A DNA stretch of 39,388 bases, from the NCBI GenBank assembly GCA_051942205.1, contig JAVECO010000080.1, positions 62,001-101,388 on the forward strand, given 5' to 3'. This DNA comes from Coniocarpon cinnabarinum. Lineage: Eukaryota. Positions 9,810 to 19,500 of this stretch are shown in pieces. Position 1 is the stretch's first letter; each line of letters starts with the position of its first letter. The translations under genes and the position numbers were made by a program. Under the pieces are notes generated by a model. It searched no databases, was not told where the DNA came from, and worked only from the letters and a program-made list of their open reading frames with translations.

Positions 9810-11171
9810 TTAGTCGAAAGTGATTTTACTACCCTGGCTCTCTGCCACTTGACCACTCCGATAGCGCGTCCTCGCGGAGGTTTCGTCGAAAGTCTCCTTC
9901 TGATTTTTATCTCGACCTTGAGGAACCCGGTTCCTTCCCCTGCGCTTGGATTGATCTGTCAGGGCTCCAGGACCATCAGCCTGTGCAACCTCTTCAGTCT
10001 GGACTTGTGGCGTTCGCTTGGTCGCAGCCTTTTGATTATGTCGGGCGTTGTTTTCAGCAGCTTCAGTGTGCTCTCGTGCACCCTCCTTTTTCTTACCGAA
10101 TCGCTTCTGGTATCTGATCGACGAATCCTCTGCAAATTCCCGTCGCACTTCTCGCCCCTGTAGTCGGTTACACCACCACTGCCGCTTCTTCGGCTTTCGC
10201 TTCGCCCTCGTACCGTCTTCTTCGGCATTCTCCTTTTCCTGTGGCTGCTCATCCGGTACCTCTTCAATAACGACTCCTTTCACAGCGGACTTCGCTGCTT
10301 CGTCTGCGGCAAAAGTTACCCATGCAAATCCCTTGCACTTTCCCGAATCCTCGAATGTGGCCATGTGTACGTGCTCAATGGTTCCGCACTTTTCAAACAG
10401 CTTCTCCAGGTCCTCTACGGTTGCATCGAAGCTCAGGTTGCCAACGAAGACCCGCCGACTAACAATCTTGTTAGTCCCACTATGTTGTTTCTCCTGGTGC
10501 TCCTTTGGCCGTCCTTCAAACGACTTGGCGTCCTTGATGAGAAGATTCCTGCCCGCCAACGGTTGTTCCGATAATGCAAGAGCTGCTGCAAAAGACTGCT
10601 CGTCTGCAAAGTCTACATATGCGAAACCCTTGTTCAAGGGCTTGATTGTGGTTTTTGTAGCTTTAGCGTTGGCCGGGGCTGGTACGTGGACGCGTGTAAT
10701 CGAGCTTGGATCTATCTGAGGTTGGATATGGTTCGTCAAGAAGTCTGTAATCATAGTTTTAGTCGCTGAGAAAGGGAGGTTGCCTATCCAGATGCTACAC
10801 GCTCTCTTCTGCTTCGAAGACTTTGTCCCTGCCGCATCAGTTTTTGGGGCAGGCGCATTATGAGCGGCGGCATCGTTGTCGTCAATCAAAGGGCCGTCGT
10901 CATTCACACTGTCCCGTCTAGATGTTTCGACAGGCGGTACTTTTTTGGACTTTTTGGCCTTTCGCAGCGCCTTTTTGTTCGGAGGCTCCGGCAATGATAA
11001 GTCGATTTCAATATTTTCCTCATTTGGTTCTCGTTTACGCTTCTTAGGCGAATCGAGGTACACTCCACCGTCGCTTTCTTCTGAAGATGAGACCGATTGG
11101 TCCTCCCTGGGTGGAACTTGATCCTTGATGATTGCGCCGGATTCGGACACGACTCCTGATTGCTTTGACAT
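9810..11171 (-). CDS. NOP13: Nucleolar two-RRM protein (Nop13/Rnp24 type)
   Basis: RRM1 has IWIGNLPF and NKGFAYVDF, followed by LLIKDAKSFEGRP. RRM2 has VFVGNLSF and HMATFEDSGKCKGFAWVTF. K/E-rich ends and a C-terminal GSKITFD. Confidence 0.85.
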   Translation of the reverse strand: MSKQSGVVSESGAIIKDQVPPREDQSVSSSEESDGGVYLDSPKKRKREPNEENIEIDLSLPEPPNKKALRKAKKSKKVPPVETSRRDSVNDDGPLIDDNDAAAHNAPAPKTDAAGTKSSKQKRACSIWIGNLPFSATKTMITDFLTNHIQPQIDPSSITRVHVPAPANAKATKTTIKPLNKGFAYVDFADEQSFAAALALSEQPLAGRNLLIKDAKSFEGRPKEHQEKQHSGTNKIVSRRVFVGNLSFDATVEDLEKLFEKCGTIEHVHMATFEDSGKCKGFAWVTFAADEAAKSAVKGVVIEEVPDEQPQEKENAEEDGTRAKRKPKKRQWWCNRLQGREVRREFAEDSSIRYQKRFGKKKEGAREHTEAAENNARHNQKAATKRTPQVQTEEVAQADGPGALTDQSKRRGRNRVPQGRDKNQKETFDETSARTRYRSGQVAESQGSKITFD

Positions 11172-11326
11172 TCTACACCTTTACCTAGTACATTAAAGTT
11201 CGTTTCGCAAGCATCTGAATCATGGCAAGATTGTGAAAAATACCATCATTGTGATATTTGAACAAGTCCAATACACGTGCAGCATATTACGATAAATATC
11301 GTTCGGAGCCGAGGCGATCTGATTCA

Positions 11327-12178
11327 ATGCCCCTATCCGCGATTTCATTGAAGAGACCAGTCTTCTCCAGAAAAGCCGATAACAAGTATCTCGACGTCTA
11401 TTACCTCGAGATGGAATCATTGACATTCGGGACACCTTTGTTGGCATCTCTATCTATATGTACTCGCCACTCAGCACGACATCCCAAAACCTCGACCCGT
11501 GCTTACTTCTCTTCACTGCGAGAAGCAAAATCGAGATGTGGTTTGTCGGTAATACAACGACGCGGACATCAGACTGCTCGCCGCAATAGAAAAGCGCTAG
11601 CCATTCCACCAGCTCCCTCCTTTGGTGATCCGCCTCCGGTACAAACAGGCGGCTCTGGACGTTCTCACAGACCACGCCATTCGCCTCAAGCTCCGGGCGA
11701 CACAATCGTTTTCAATCCACCCAGTGCAGCGCCAAACGTTCATCACACCCCGAATCTATTTCTACCTCGTGACGATCCCAGAAGATCAATGGTACTGCAG
11801 GCAAACGCAGCAGGCGCAGCGCGATACTCCTCGGTTGCAACAATGCTGTCGATTCCTGCGGATGAAGGGAGCGAAGCTTCGACATTGCCTCCTTCGGTAC
11901 GGCAGTATCCCCCGAAAAAATATCATCTTGGGCCTGGAGAGATCGAGGAGATGCGAAAACTCCGCACGGAAGACAGTGAGACTTGGACGCTCTCCAGATT
12001 GACAGAAAGATTTCAGTGCAGTCGAATGTTCGTAGCTTCTGTGGTACCTGCCAGCGAAGAATGGAGAGAAAAACAAGAGCAGATGCTGGATAACCGAAAG
12101 CGGCTATGGGGACCCAAGAGGCGAAAAGCTAGGGCAGACAGAACGAAGCGGAAGGAAGGCTGGACGAGAGGGGACTGA
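11327..12178 (+). CDS. MRPL20: Mitochondrial ribosomal protein L20 (mL58)
   Basis: VFNPPSAAPNVHHTPNLFLPRDDPRR, KKYHL..EIEEMRKLR..D..TWTLSRL..RFQCSRMFV and a basic C-terminus (WGPKRRKARADR). Start is uncertain: in-frame ATGs at 11327 and 11411. Confidence 0.85.
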   Translation: MPLSAISLKRPVFSRKADNKYLDVYYLEMESLTFGTPLLASLSICTRHSARHPKTSTRAYFSSLREAKSRCGLSVIQRRGHQTARRNRKALAIPPAPSFGDPPPVQTGGSGRSHRPRHSPQAPGDTIVFNPPSAAPNVHHTPNLFLPRDDPRRSMVLQANAAGAARYSSVATMLSIPADEGSEASTLPPSVRQYPPKKYHLGPGEIEEMRKLRTEDSETWTLSRLTERFQCSRMFVASVVPASEEWREKQEQMLDNRKRLWGPKRRKARADRTKRKEGWTRGD

Positions 12179-12461
12179 AAGCGGGAACATAGCAAGACCT
12201 TTGGATGGGCGAGGTAGTAGGCACGAAGAGTTGCTGTCTATCGGACATGCAGTGCTTCTAATGGCAGATCGTGCCTGACTTCAGGCTCTGACTGAGCAAC
12301 AAACTTCAGCTACTGTGCCTTGCTAAATCACGCTATCTCGCTTAGATTTCTCGCTCAGAAAGCGTTCTGAGCCATGAGGGTGCAACTTTTCGACATTGTC
12401 ACGGCCTCTGATGATTTCCAATTATGTGTCACGTGATATCGCGTATTCGAGGTATTGGTCT

Positions 12462-12482
12462 ACGCGTTCATCCCCAACGCGT
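12462..12482. promoter_or_regulatory. Paired MCB (ACGCGT) elements
   Basis: ACGCGT at 12462-12467 and 12477-12482, about 100-120 bp upstream of the ATG at 12584. Confidence 0.5.
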
Positions 12483-12583
12483 TATCTTGTCACTCTTCCT
12501 GACTCGGACTAAGACCCCATGCACCCCACGATCTCTCGCTCTCTTTCCGGAGGAAGCAAAGTGTCCGCAGAGAGAAGCGGACA

Positions 12584-14360
12584 ATGCATACATTGCAGTA
12601 TAGGCGTCTCCCGCCTGAACTTTATGAGCATTGTGTGATATTGCTGGAGGAGAAAATGTGTAAGTCCGATTCCTCACATGACCCGGAGAAGCTTAATGTG
12701 TTGATGCACAGATGCAGATGCAGAGACACTCACTACTCTGCAATCGCTAATTAGCCCATCCAATCCAATACCTGCACTTCCCCCACCACCATTCATCAGT
12801 CTCTTAGCAACTTGTGCAGTCCATCCCAGCACAACTTCTCGTTCGGCTTCCGCGGAATCTTCACTGCTTTCTACACGAATTTACCCATACTTGAAGAGGC
12901 TCAGCGATATCACAGACTCCACCAAATGTGGTTTCGTTGATGCTTTCCTGTTCAGACGTGCACATGACAGCTCTCTACAAGGCAGCCTTCCTTCCCATGG
13001 CAACCGTTACAAACGGAGAAAGGGCTCAGGAGTCATCGATCTGACACATTCGTCCTCCTCAGCAGCTTCAATCGGGGCGACATCGCCTAACTCCACCGAG
13101 AGTGAGGGGCAGACACGTCTCAATAACGCTCTCGCTAGCCGCGGCTCCATCTTCCATGCCGCGGAAGGCTTCTGGCATGTTGTCGGCTGGGCCTTTAATT
13201 GCTCAATACATCATCCGCAGCGCTGGCTTTACTACCGAAAATGGCTCAATTTCATGATCGAGATCTTGCAGTCTGAGCTTGACACGGGTGGCCAGATACA
13301 CCCACCACCGGCAAATCTTGGCCACCTCTATTTACGGGAGGTCAATGCATCAACAGCGGCAGGCTTGCGCACAATTTTAAGGGCCATATTGGCCGACGGC
13401 AGCGAAACTTCACTTTCTGAATTCCACGAGATCTGGCCTAATGAAACTAAACCGCCGAAGGAGAATAATCCAAAAAGGTTACGGTGGTCAAGAAATCAGG
13501 TGAATCTCGATGAAGGGAAATTTGGCGACTACTGGGACGACGACCTTGAAGATGATCTCGAGGGCGATGTCACCATCAAAATTGAAGGTGGTGAAGGTGC
13601 TGCAAGAACTAGTGGGCGAACTCAAAGGCGGCGAGGAAAATATCATGTCAATATGGATTTAGATCATGGCTTGGAGCGGACTGCAGAAGACGAGAAGCAG
13701 ACGAAAGCTATGCCTAATTCCTCTAACAGCATCGAGGACTTTGGAGGCATAGACTCTGTAGTCCTTCGCCGAAGGTTACTTGGATGGCTTGCGGCATTCC
13801 TTCGACGCCACCCTGCAACTGCGTCGAGGACAGGCATGTATGACTTTCTAAATCTGACCGCTGAATTTTTGCGACCTCTACCAAGCCCAGTCTTTACTTC
13901 GCTTATCGCCACGACGCCGACAATTACTGGAGAACAACCAGACATGGACGAAATCACCCTTTCCAGGCTCCACATGGCGGTACTCAATATCTTGCTCTTG
14001 AATGACAAGATCCCAGTTTACAGCGATACTTTCCCTACGCAAAAACAGCTACAGACATTTTATCTGTCTCTCACAACAAAGACAAGTTACCTCGACGACC
14101 TTGCCAAGACAGCCATTACCATTGAATCACTAGCAAGACTTCTCAGCCGTAATGGAATGCTCTCAGACGCTGCAGAGCTTACGGACGCTATCAACAGGAG
14201 TATTGCAATACGCACAGAGAAGCGTGATGCATACATTCGAAAACATGGTGGTCAGGCACAGAATCACGACGATACAATGGTTCTTTTGGATTCCGCTAAT
14301 GCCCGGCTGCAACTTTTACCGGCGATTGTAGGAAGTACAAGCGCGCGAACTGTGATTTGA
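12584..14360 (+). CDS. Conserved-looking fungal helical protein, candidate Nse5-like SMC5/6 regulator
   Basis: Exon 1 12584-12659 (MHTLQYRRLPPELYEHCVILLEEKM). Intron GTAAGT from 12660 to CAG at 12711 or 12717. Exon 2 is in frame with the 12891-14360 ORF. Blocks LPPPPFISLLATCAVHP, FWHVVGWAFNCS..HPQRW, RAILADG, EFHEIWPNE. The gene model is well supported; the Nse5 identity is inference. Confidence 0.7.
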
Positions 14361-14865
14361 GAGCAAAGAACTTGAAGATTCTGTTGCTATTCAACACGAT
14401 TTGATACGAAAGTGAGTGGATCTCTTGTCAGTAGTGCGACACCTGTTCGAATAGCGTTCCCAATTATATCTCAAAACAAGACTTTGGAAGGTCTTAACAA
14501 TCTTGGTTGCCTGCCAAAGCTTCCTTGCCCCTAACTAGCTTGTGATGATCCGTCCTAGTGGTGGACGTCAACTCTTACATCACGAACTTTCCAAGAGATA
14601 ACCTCGAGCCAGAAGCCTTTTAGTAGCTTGGCCTTATCATGACGTATGGAAGCTAATCGTTTCTTAGCCCTGTGAGCCTCAGTTGAGAGCCCTCGCGGGT
14701 GCTGATGACAGACGCCACCCTTTGTTGAGGCGGGAGTACCCACTGTTGAGCCTGCAAACATCCTGCGAGATTTAATACACTTCTTCTATTCTTCTATCTT
14801 CCGCTTCTCTCTAACATTTGCAACTACTGTCGCTGATCAAACTGAATCCCTTGGAGGCGCCTACA

Positions 14866-15858
14866 ATGCATCTCACGATCCTCTATATCCCCGTCTTTGC
14901 GGGTCTCTGCGCCTTCACCAGCGCTTTGCCGTTGCCCGTAGCGCCTCTGGATGGATACTGGAGTGAGTGAAGCCATTCGTACTTGCGCCGTCACGCGCTG
15001 TCCCACTCGAATCCCTATTGAAGCAAAAAAGCTTTCCTCCGCGCTAACCTATGTCTTCACCCACAGCAAGCGTGCCGGCCAAGCAGAACTACCCATACGA
15101 CAACTCTAAGGGAGGACCCGTCCTCAATCCCAAATCCCCAGGCGTAGATCCTATCCCAGGCATCGCGCAATGGATCCAGCCAGAAGCCTGGGACCCTCTT
15201 AGCACGTACGGCCCTGAAGGACCTGCCTTCACTACCGGTTGGTCTGGCGGCCAAGGCAGCGGTAAGCGTCGGCGCGATGTGGAGGATGCCAGTCGAGTGG
15301 CGCCCAGTAGTCCCCATTCTAGTCCTGACGCTCGCGACTCGGAGCTGTTGGAGAAACGTGTCCCACCTGGTTCTGGAGCGGGCACTTGGCCCGGAAAGCC
15401 TAATCCGCATGCGACGAAGTGGGCGGATTGGCTCAGTACAGGAAGGCCGCCTGTCCCTGGCAAGCAGCACGGTGGTACGGGAAAGAAGAAGAGGGCAGAT
15501 CCGGTGGATATTCTGTGTAAGTGGTTTGTACCCTTGATGCGACGGTGATCATGCATTGGTGGGGGAGTCATGAACTGGCGAGTGTAATGGTTCCTGGTGT
15601 GTACTGACGGTGGAGGAAGCTTAGGCGTCTGTTGGGAGTCGACCTGTGAGAAACTGGGTTGTCCAGGAGCGACGGACGTGTCATCACGCTTGCTTTCAGG
15701 TGGCTGACCCTCTCTCGCATCAAGCTTTCTTCAAGTTGCCGATTTGCATTCTCGACATGGGCTGTGACATTCACAATGTGCCGAAAGGATACATGGGCGC
15801 AGAGGGTGGCGACTCGCTCAACATGCCTAAAGCTGACAGTGGAAAGAAAGGGGGATAG
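14866..15858 (+). CDS. Secreted ~233-aa precursor with Kex2-type dibasic sites (KEP-like)
   Basis: Exons 14866-14962, 15067-15516, 15625-15645 and 15725-15858. All three introns are phase 1 (GTGAGT/CTAAC/CAG, GTAAGT/CTGAC/TAG, GTGAGA/CTGAC/AAG). Signal peptide MHLTILYIPVFAGLCAFTSA; processing sites GSG-KRRR, LE-KR, GTG-KKKR, DSG-KK. The last two exons are less certain. Confidence 0.75.
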
Positions 15859-16346
15859 GTGGTCAGTGTTCCCAAGCTGGATTCTGATTTTTGTTTGCTT
15901 ATGCGCAAGCAGATATGCAAACCATTGCGAAGTTTCGAAATTAAGAATCGCGCTAATTCACTCACTTTTGCTCGAGTCAACAATTTTCTGAGGTTGGAGC
16001 ACGATTTCACAGCATAAACACTTCTATGAAATGTGAACCTGCGGGAACACCACCTCCGTATTTCGATTGGATGCTCGTCTGTTCGTGCGCTTCACTGTTG
16101 GCTTCGTCATGATGCTTAATTTCTTGTCACGTGTTGCTTTGCCGCTCTCAGCAATCTTTGGTTAAGTTAAGTCCGCCAAGCGCCTTGTTACCTGGTACAG
16201 AGCCATCTATGGTGGTGGAGTGGCACCAGAAAAATGGTGTGGATACTTCTCAACATGTGCTCAACACGCTTTTCCACTGTAGATAAGAACAGCCCAACTT
16301 ACTTCGTCCTGATTTCTACTGTTCACTTGCCCTTCGACTCTTGCAG

Positions 16347-16800
16347 AAGAAGCCTCTTCCAACGATCGCAAGTCTTTGGAACTCTTGGCGTCAATCACTG
16401 CAGCCGATACATTCCAATACACCACTTGCAGAGGCAATATGCGCGATTTTTCTGACACTTCCCCCTTCCAAACCCTCTTCGGCTATTCCCCTCCCGGACC
16501 ACCACCCCCAGACGGCTGGGAAGACAAACAAGACGCAAAGGATGTTTTGACCTTGGTAGAGCTCACGATCCTCGATCGACGTACGTCTCCCGTCCTCATG
16601 CTTTTCGCCATCTGGAGGATACTGGGTTCAGAGAATGCTGATCGTGAGCAGAGAAATATGGACCGAGGAGTGAAGAAGAACACAAGTGGCTTTTAGAGCA
16701 GCTTAAGCGGTTGGGCTTTTTGTCTGTTGCTGAGCGGAGGGAGCGGAGGGGTGCGAGAAGGCCTTTGGTGCCTCGTCCTCCAGCGCCGTGTAGGAGGTGA
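16347..16800 (+). CDS. Small hypothetical protein (5' exons uncertain)
   Basis: Exon ~16347-16580 (..DRKSLELLASITAADTFQY..PFQTLFGYSPPGPPPPDGWEDKQDAKDVLTLVELTILDR). Phase-1 intron 16581-16651 (GTACGT..GCTGAT..CAG). Exon 16652-16800 (QKYGPRSEEEHKWLLEQLKRLGFLSVAERRERR..*). An in-frame stop near 16310 means upstream exons are needed, possibly from an ATG near 16110. Confidence 0.55.
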
Positions 16801-17630
16801 AAGTTGGATCAGTATGTAGGTGGACTGGAAATTCGAGACTGCGTATGCATTGCACGCGAGGGGAGATATTGCTATGATTATGAGCCGTATCATGAGGAGC
16901 TGTTGGAAATGGACTCGCTTGTACTAGCCGTTGAGCACGTCGGAGCTGGTTTGTATACATTTCTAGAATATCTTGCGAGATAGGCTGTTCATTTCGATCG
17001 GTATTTGATAGAATGAAGGCAACGTCACAGCATATTTTTCGTTTACCGCAGAGGCTTCGACATCAGCATGTCCTACAAAGTCCAGAAATCGCTTCTTCAA
17101 GAGCATTACTCACACGTGCATCACTGCACATCTCTTGCGAAGTGCCTTCCTATTAACGTCACGATTGAATTGTGAACGTCGAATCCATCGCATGACCTCA
17201 CAGATCTGTCATGAAGCAGGAATGCATGCAAGCTATTAGCCCCCAAACTAACGGGTCATGGCTGAGTTGAACGAAGACTGCTTCTCCCACGTGGGCTCGT
17301 TGTCGAGACAGATTCGGCCTCACGCAGCAGTCTTTCAATAATCCGCGAAATTGCAGGCCTTGATTGTATCCACGCTCCACACGATGCATCAATCCCAACG
17401 AGGGCCATCGGATTTACGCCGCCTGTCCGAGCGCCCATCAAATCTCTCACGCATTTGCCACAGCCCAACGTATTGTGCGATTTGTATAAGAGGTTCGTTT
17501 GCGAAGAAGACCCTTCTTTTTCTCTTCACTCAAACTCCATTGCAAACCTTCTTCGCACACCAGGCGATACGCATATTAACATCGTCTACCTTGTCGCCTT
17601 CAACATCTCCAGCTCAAGAAAATCGTCATC

Positions 17631-17915
17631 ATGAAGAACTTCTATGTCGTCGTCCTCGCAGGCGTCGCCGCCTTTGCAACAGCTGCCCCTGTGGCAGAGC
17701 AAGCCGGAGCAGCCATCACACAAGGCTCCGCCGCTCAAGCTTCTGCACAAAAACCCGCCAAAGCTCAAGGCTTCGGGAATTTTCTTGAGGATGTTTGTGG
17801 TGGGTGGGTATTCACGGTGAGTCCTGCAAAGTACACAGATAAACGTGCTGTACTGAGTCCGCAGGGTACTGTCAACACCATCGGCAACTTATTCAAAGGC
17901 GACCGAGACGAGTAG
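17631..17915 (+). CDS. Small secreted protein/peptide precursor (78 aa spliced)
   Basis: Signal peptide MKNFYVVVLAGVAAFATA, A/Q-rich pro-like region, 48-nt in-frame intron 17817-17864 (GTGAGT..CTGAG..CAG). TATAAG near 17485 and a CT-rich leader. Confidence 0.8.
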   Translation: MKNFYVVVLAGVAAFATAAPVAEQAGAAITQGSAAQASAQKPAKAQGFGNFLEDVCGGWVFTVSPAKYTDKRAVLSPQGTVNTIGNLFKGDRDE

Positions 17916-18081
17916 AATGTCGCTGGAAGCACATCAACTATCAGTATAAGCGATCAGGGAGTGAGGCGATCATGCTCATTTCGAGAGTATCCACTTGATG
18001 CACTTTCAATTTGTAGTAGGGGAACTGTTTTGGTCATACTTTAGGGCGCAATTGGCAGCTTTGTTAGGGAACTAATGCATA

Positions 18082-19002
18082 CTATTCATCTTGTCGTTTC
18101 TCGCAGAAGTTCACCACGTCAAATCCAGCACCGTAGACTTGCTCCCAATCAAAGTAGGAGCTGTGGTTTTCAGCGCCGAAGGCTATCACCAGCTTGTCGA
18201 TCTCGTCCTCGCTGGCTCTCTGAACATTCTTTGCGTGTGCTTGACTCTTGCTGGTAGCGCCTTGACCCCATATTGTGGATTGCGCTGCGTCAAGAAATGT
18301 CGCAATGTTACGAAAGGTCAGTGAGATGCGTTGACCGTCGAAATCGCTTTCAGCTTCTGAACGCTCCAGATCTGGACGCTTGTCAGGGTTGATGCCGTGC
18401 AGCCAGACGGCGTTTGAGCGCAACCCAAGGATGAATATGCTGCCGTGTGGCATTTGCACGAGTTGCGTCTTACGCTCGTAGACTTGAGTCGGATCACCAT
18501 TCGCTGAAGCAGGCTGAGCGTCACGTTTCGTTCTTAACCTCATCGTCCTTTGCGCCCCAAGACTCACATTTACGATACTGGAACCATGTGCAATATCAAG
18601 AGTCTTATCACTATGTTCAGATATGAAGTCGTGACCAGAGCGATACATTTGAATGAGGCAATGGTTCATCTCGTGGCCAACGAGTGTTTGTACTCGTGAC
18701 CGGATTGCGTCGACCGTTGGCGACCACGGCAAGAGCCTCGGTACCTCATCAACAGGATGGCGATAGATGGGGAACGAGCCATCGCTTTGATACGTGCCTT
18801 GAGCACAGACCAAACGTGGTACCTCGCCGCTGCGATGAGACATCGTTTGCCAGTCGATCTCGGCCTTCAACGTCTCGAACAACTTGAAACGATTCTGTGG
18901 CCCAATGTCATCAAGGCAGTCGTGAATGATCCTAGAATCGCCTTCCCCAACGACATCTTCAGGTCCAAGCATGGGCCATTTCGGTTTGTGCTGGTCCTTC
19001 AT
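18082..19002 (-). CDS. AlkB-like 2-oxoglutarate/Fe(II) dioxygenase
   Basis: NHCLIQMYR, ISEHSDKTLD (HxD), SIVNVSLGAQR, WLHGI (distal His), RISLTFR (RxxxxxR). Confidence 0.92.
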   Translation of the reverse strand: MKDQHKPKWPMLGPEDVVGEGDSRIIHDCLDDIGPQNRFKLFETLKAEIDWQTMSHRSGEVPRLVCAQGTYQSDGSFPIYRHPVDEVPRLLPWSPTVDAIRSRVQTLVGHEMNHCLIQMYRSGHDFISEHSDKTLDIAHGSSIVNVSLGAQRTMRLRTKRDAQPASANGDPTQVYERKTQLVQMPHGSIFILGLRSNAVWLHGINPDKRPDLERSEAESDFDGQRISLTFRNIATFLDAAQSTIWGQGATSKSQAHAKNVQRASEDEIDKLVIAFGAENHSSYFDWEQVYGAGFDVVNFCEKRQDE

Positions 19003-19500
19003 AGTGAATGCAAGCGATGCAGCATGAGAGCAATTTCGGAGACAATGCGGCGAGAGGAACTATGAGGTGTGTGATCCACGTCTCGCGTACTTGTGCGCCA
19101 TTCGATTACTTGAGATAGATTGCACACGCATCTGAGGCCTCAATTTTGTTGATAGCGTGACATGTTTGTCTGCACTAATTATTTTTCCAAGTCTATTGTA
19201 TGATTCAAAAATTCATATCGAGTCCTTTCTCGTTCCGAACCGAGTTCATATTGGAATAACATCGGAGTCAATCTGAAAAGGAGGTGCAGGAGAAGTTTAA
19301 AAGAAGCCAAGTATCTTTCGCTTACCCCGCTTCCGCACCCAAAGCAGCTTCGTCACGCAACGTTTGCAACTTCTGATAGCAGCATCATTACAGCAGACGC
19401 AGGATGTTTTTACTTCTACAGTATCCTCAAGGCGGGCATGCAGGTGTCTTCAGGAAGCTGCATGCATATTGCGTCAAAATTTGGTAAAGTCCGAGTTAGC

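Noticed and set aside
10048..10719. 223-aa plus-strand ORF
   Set aside because: Antisense to the NOP13-type gene, with no recognisable motifs.
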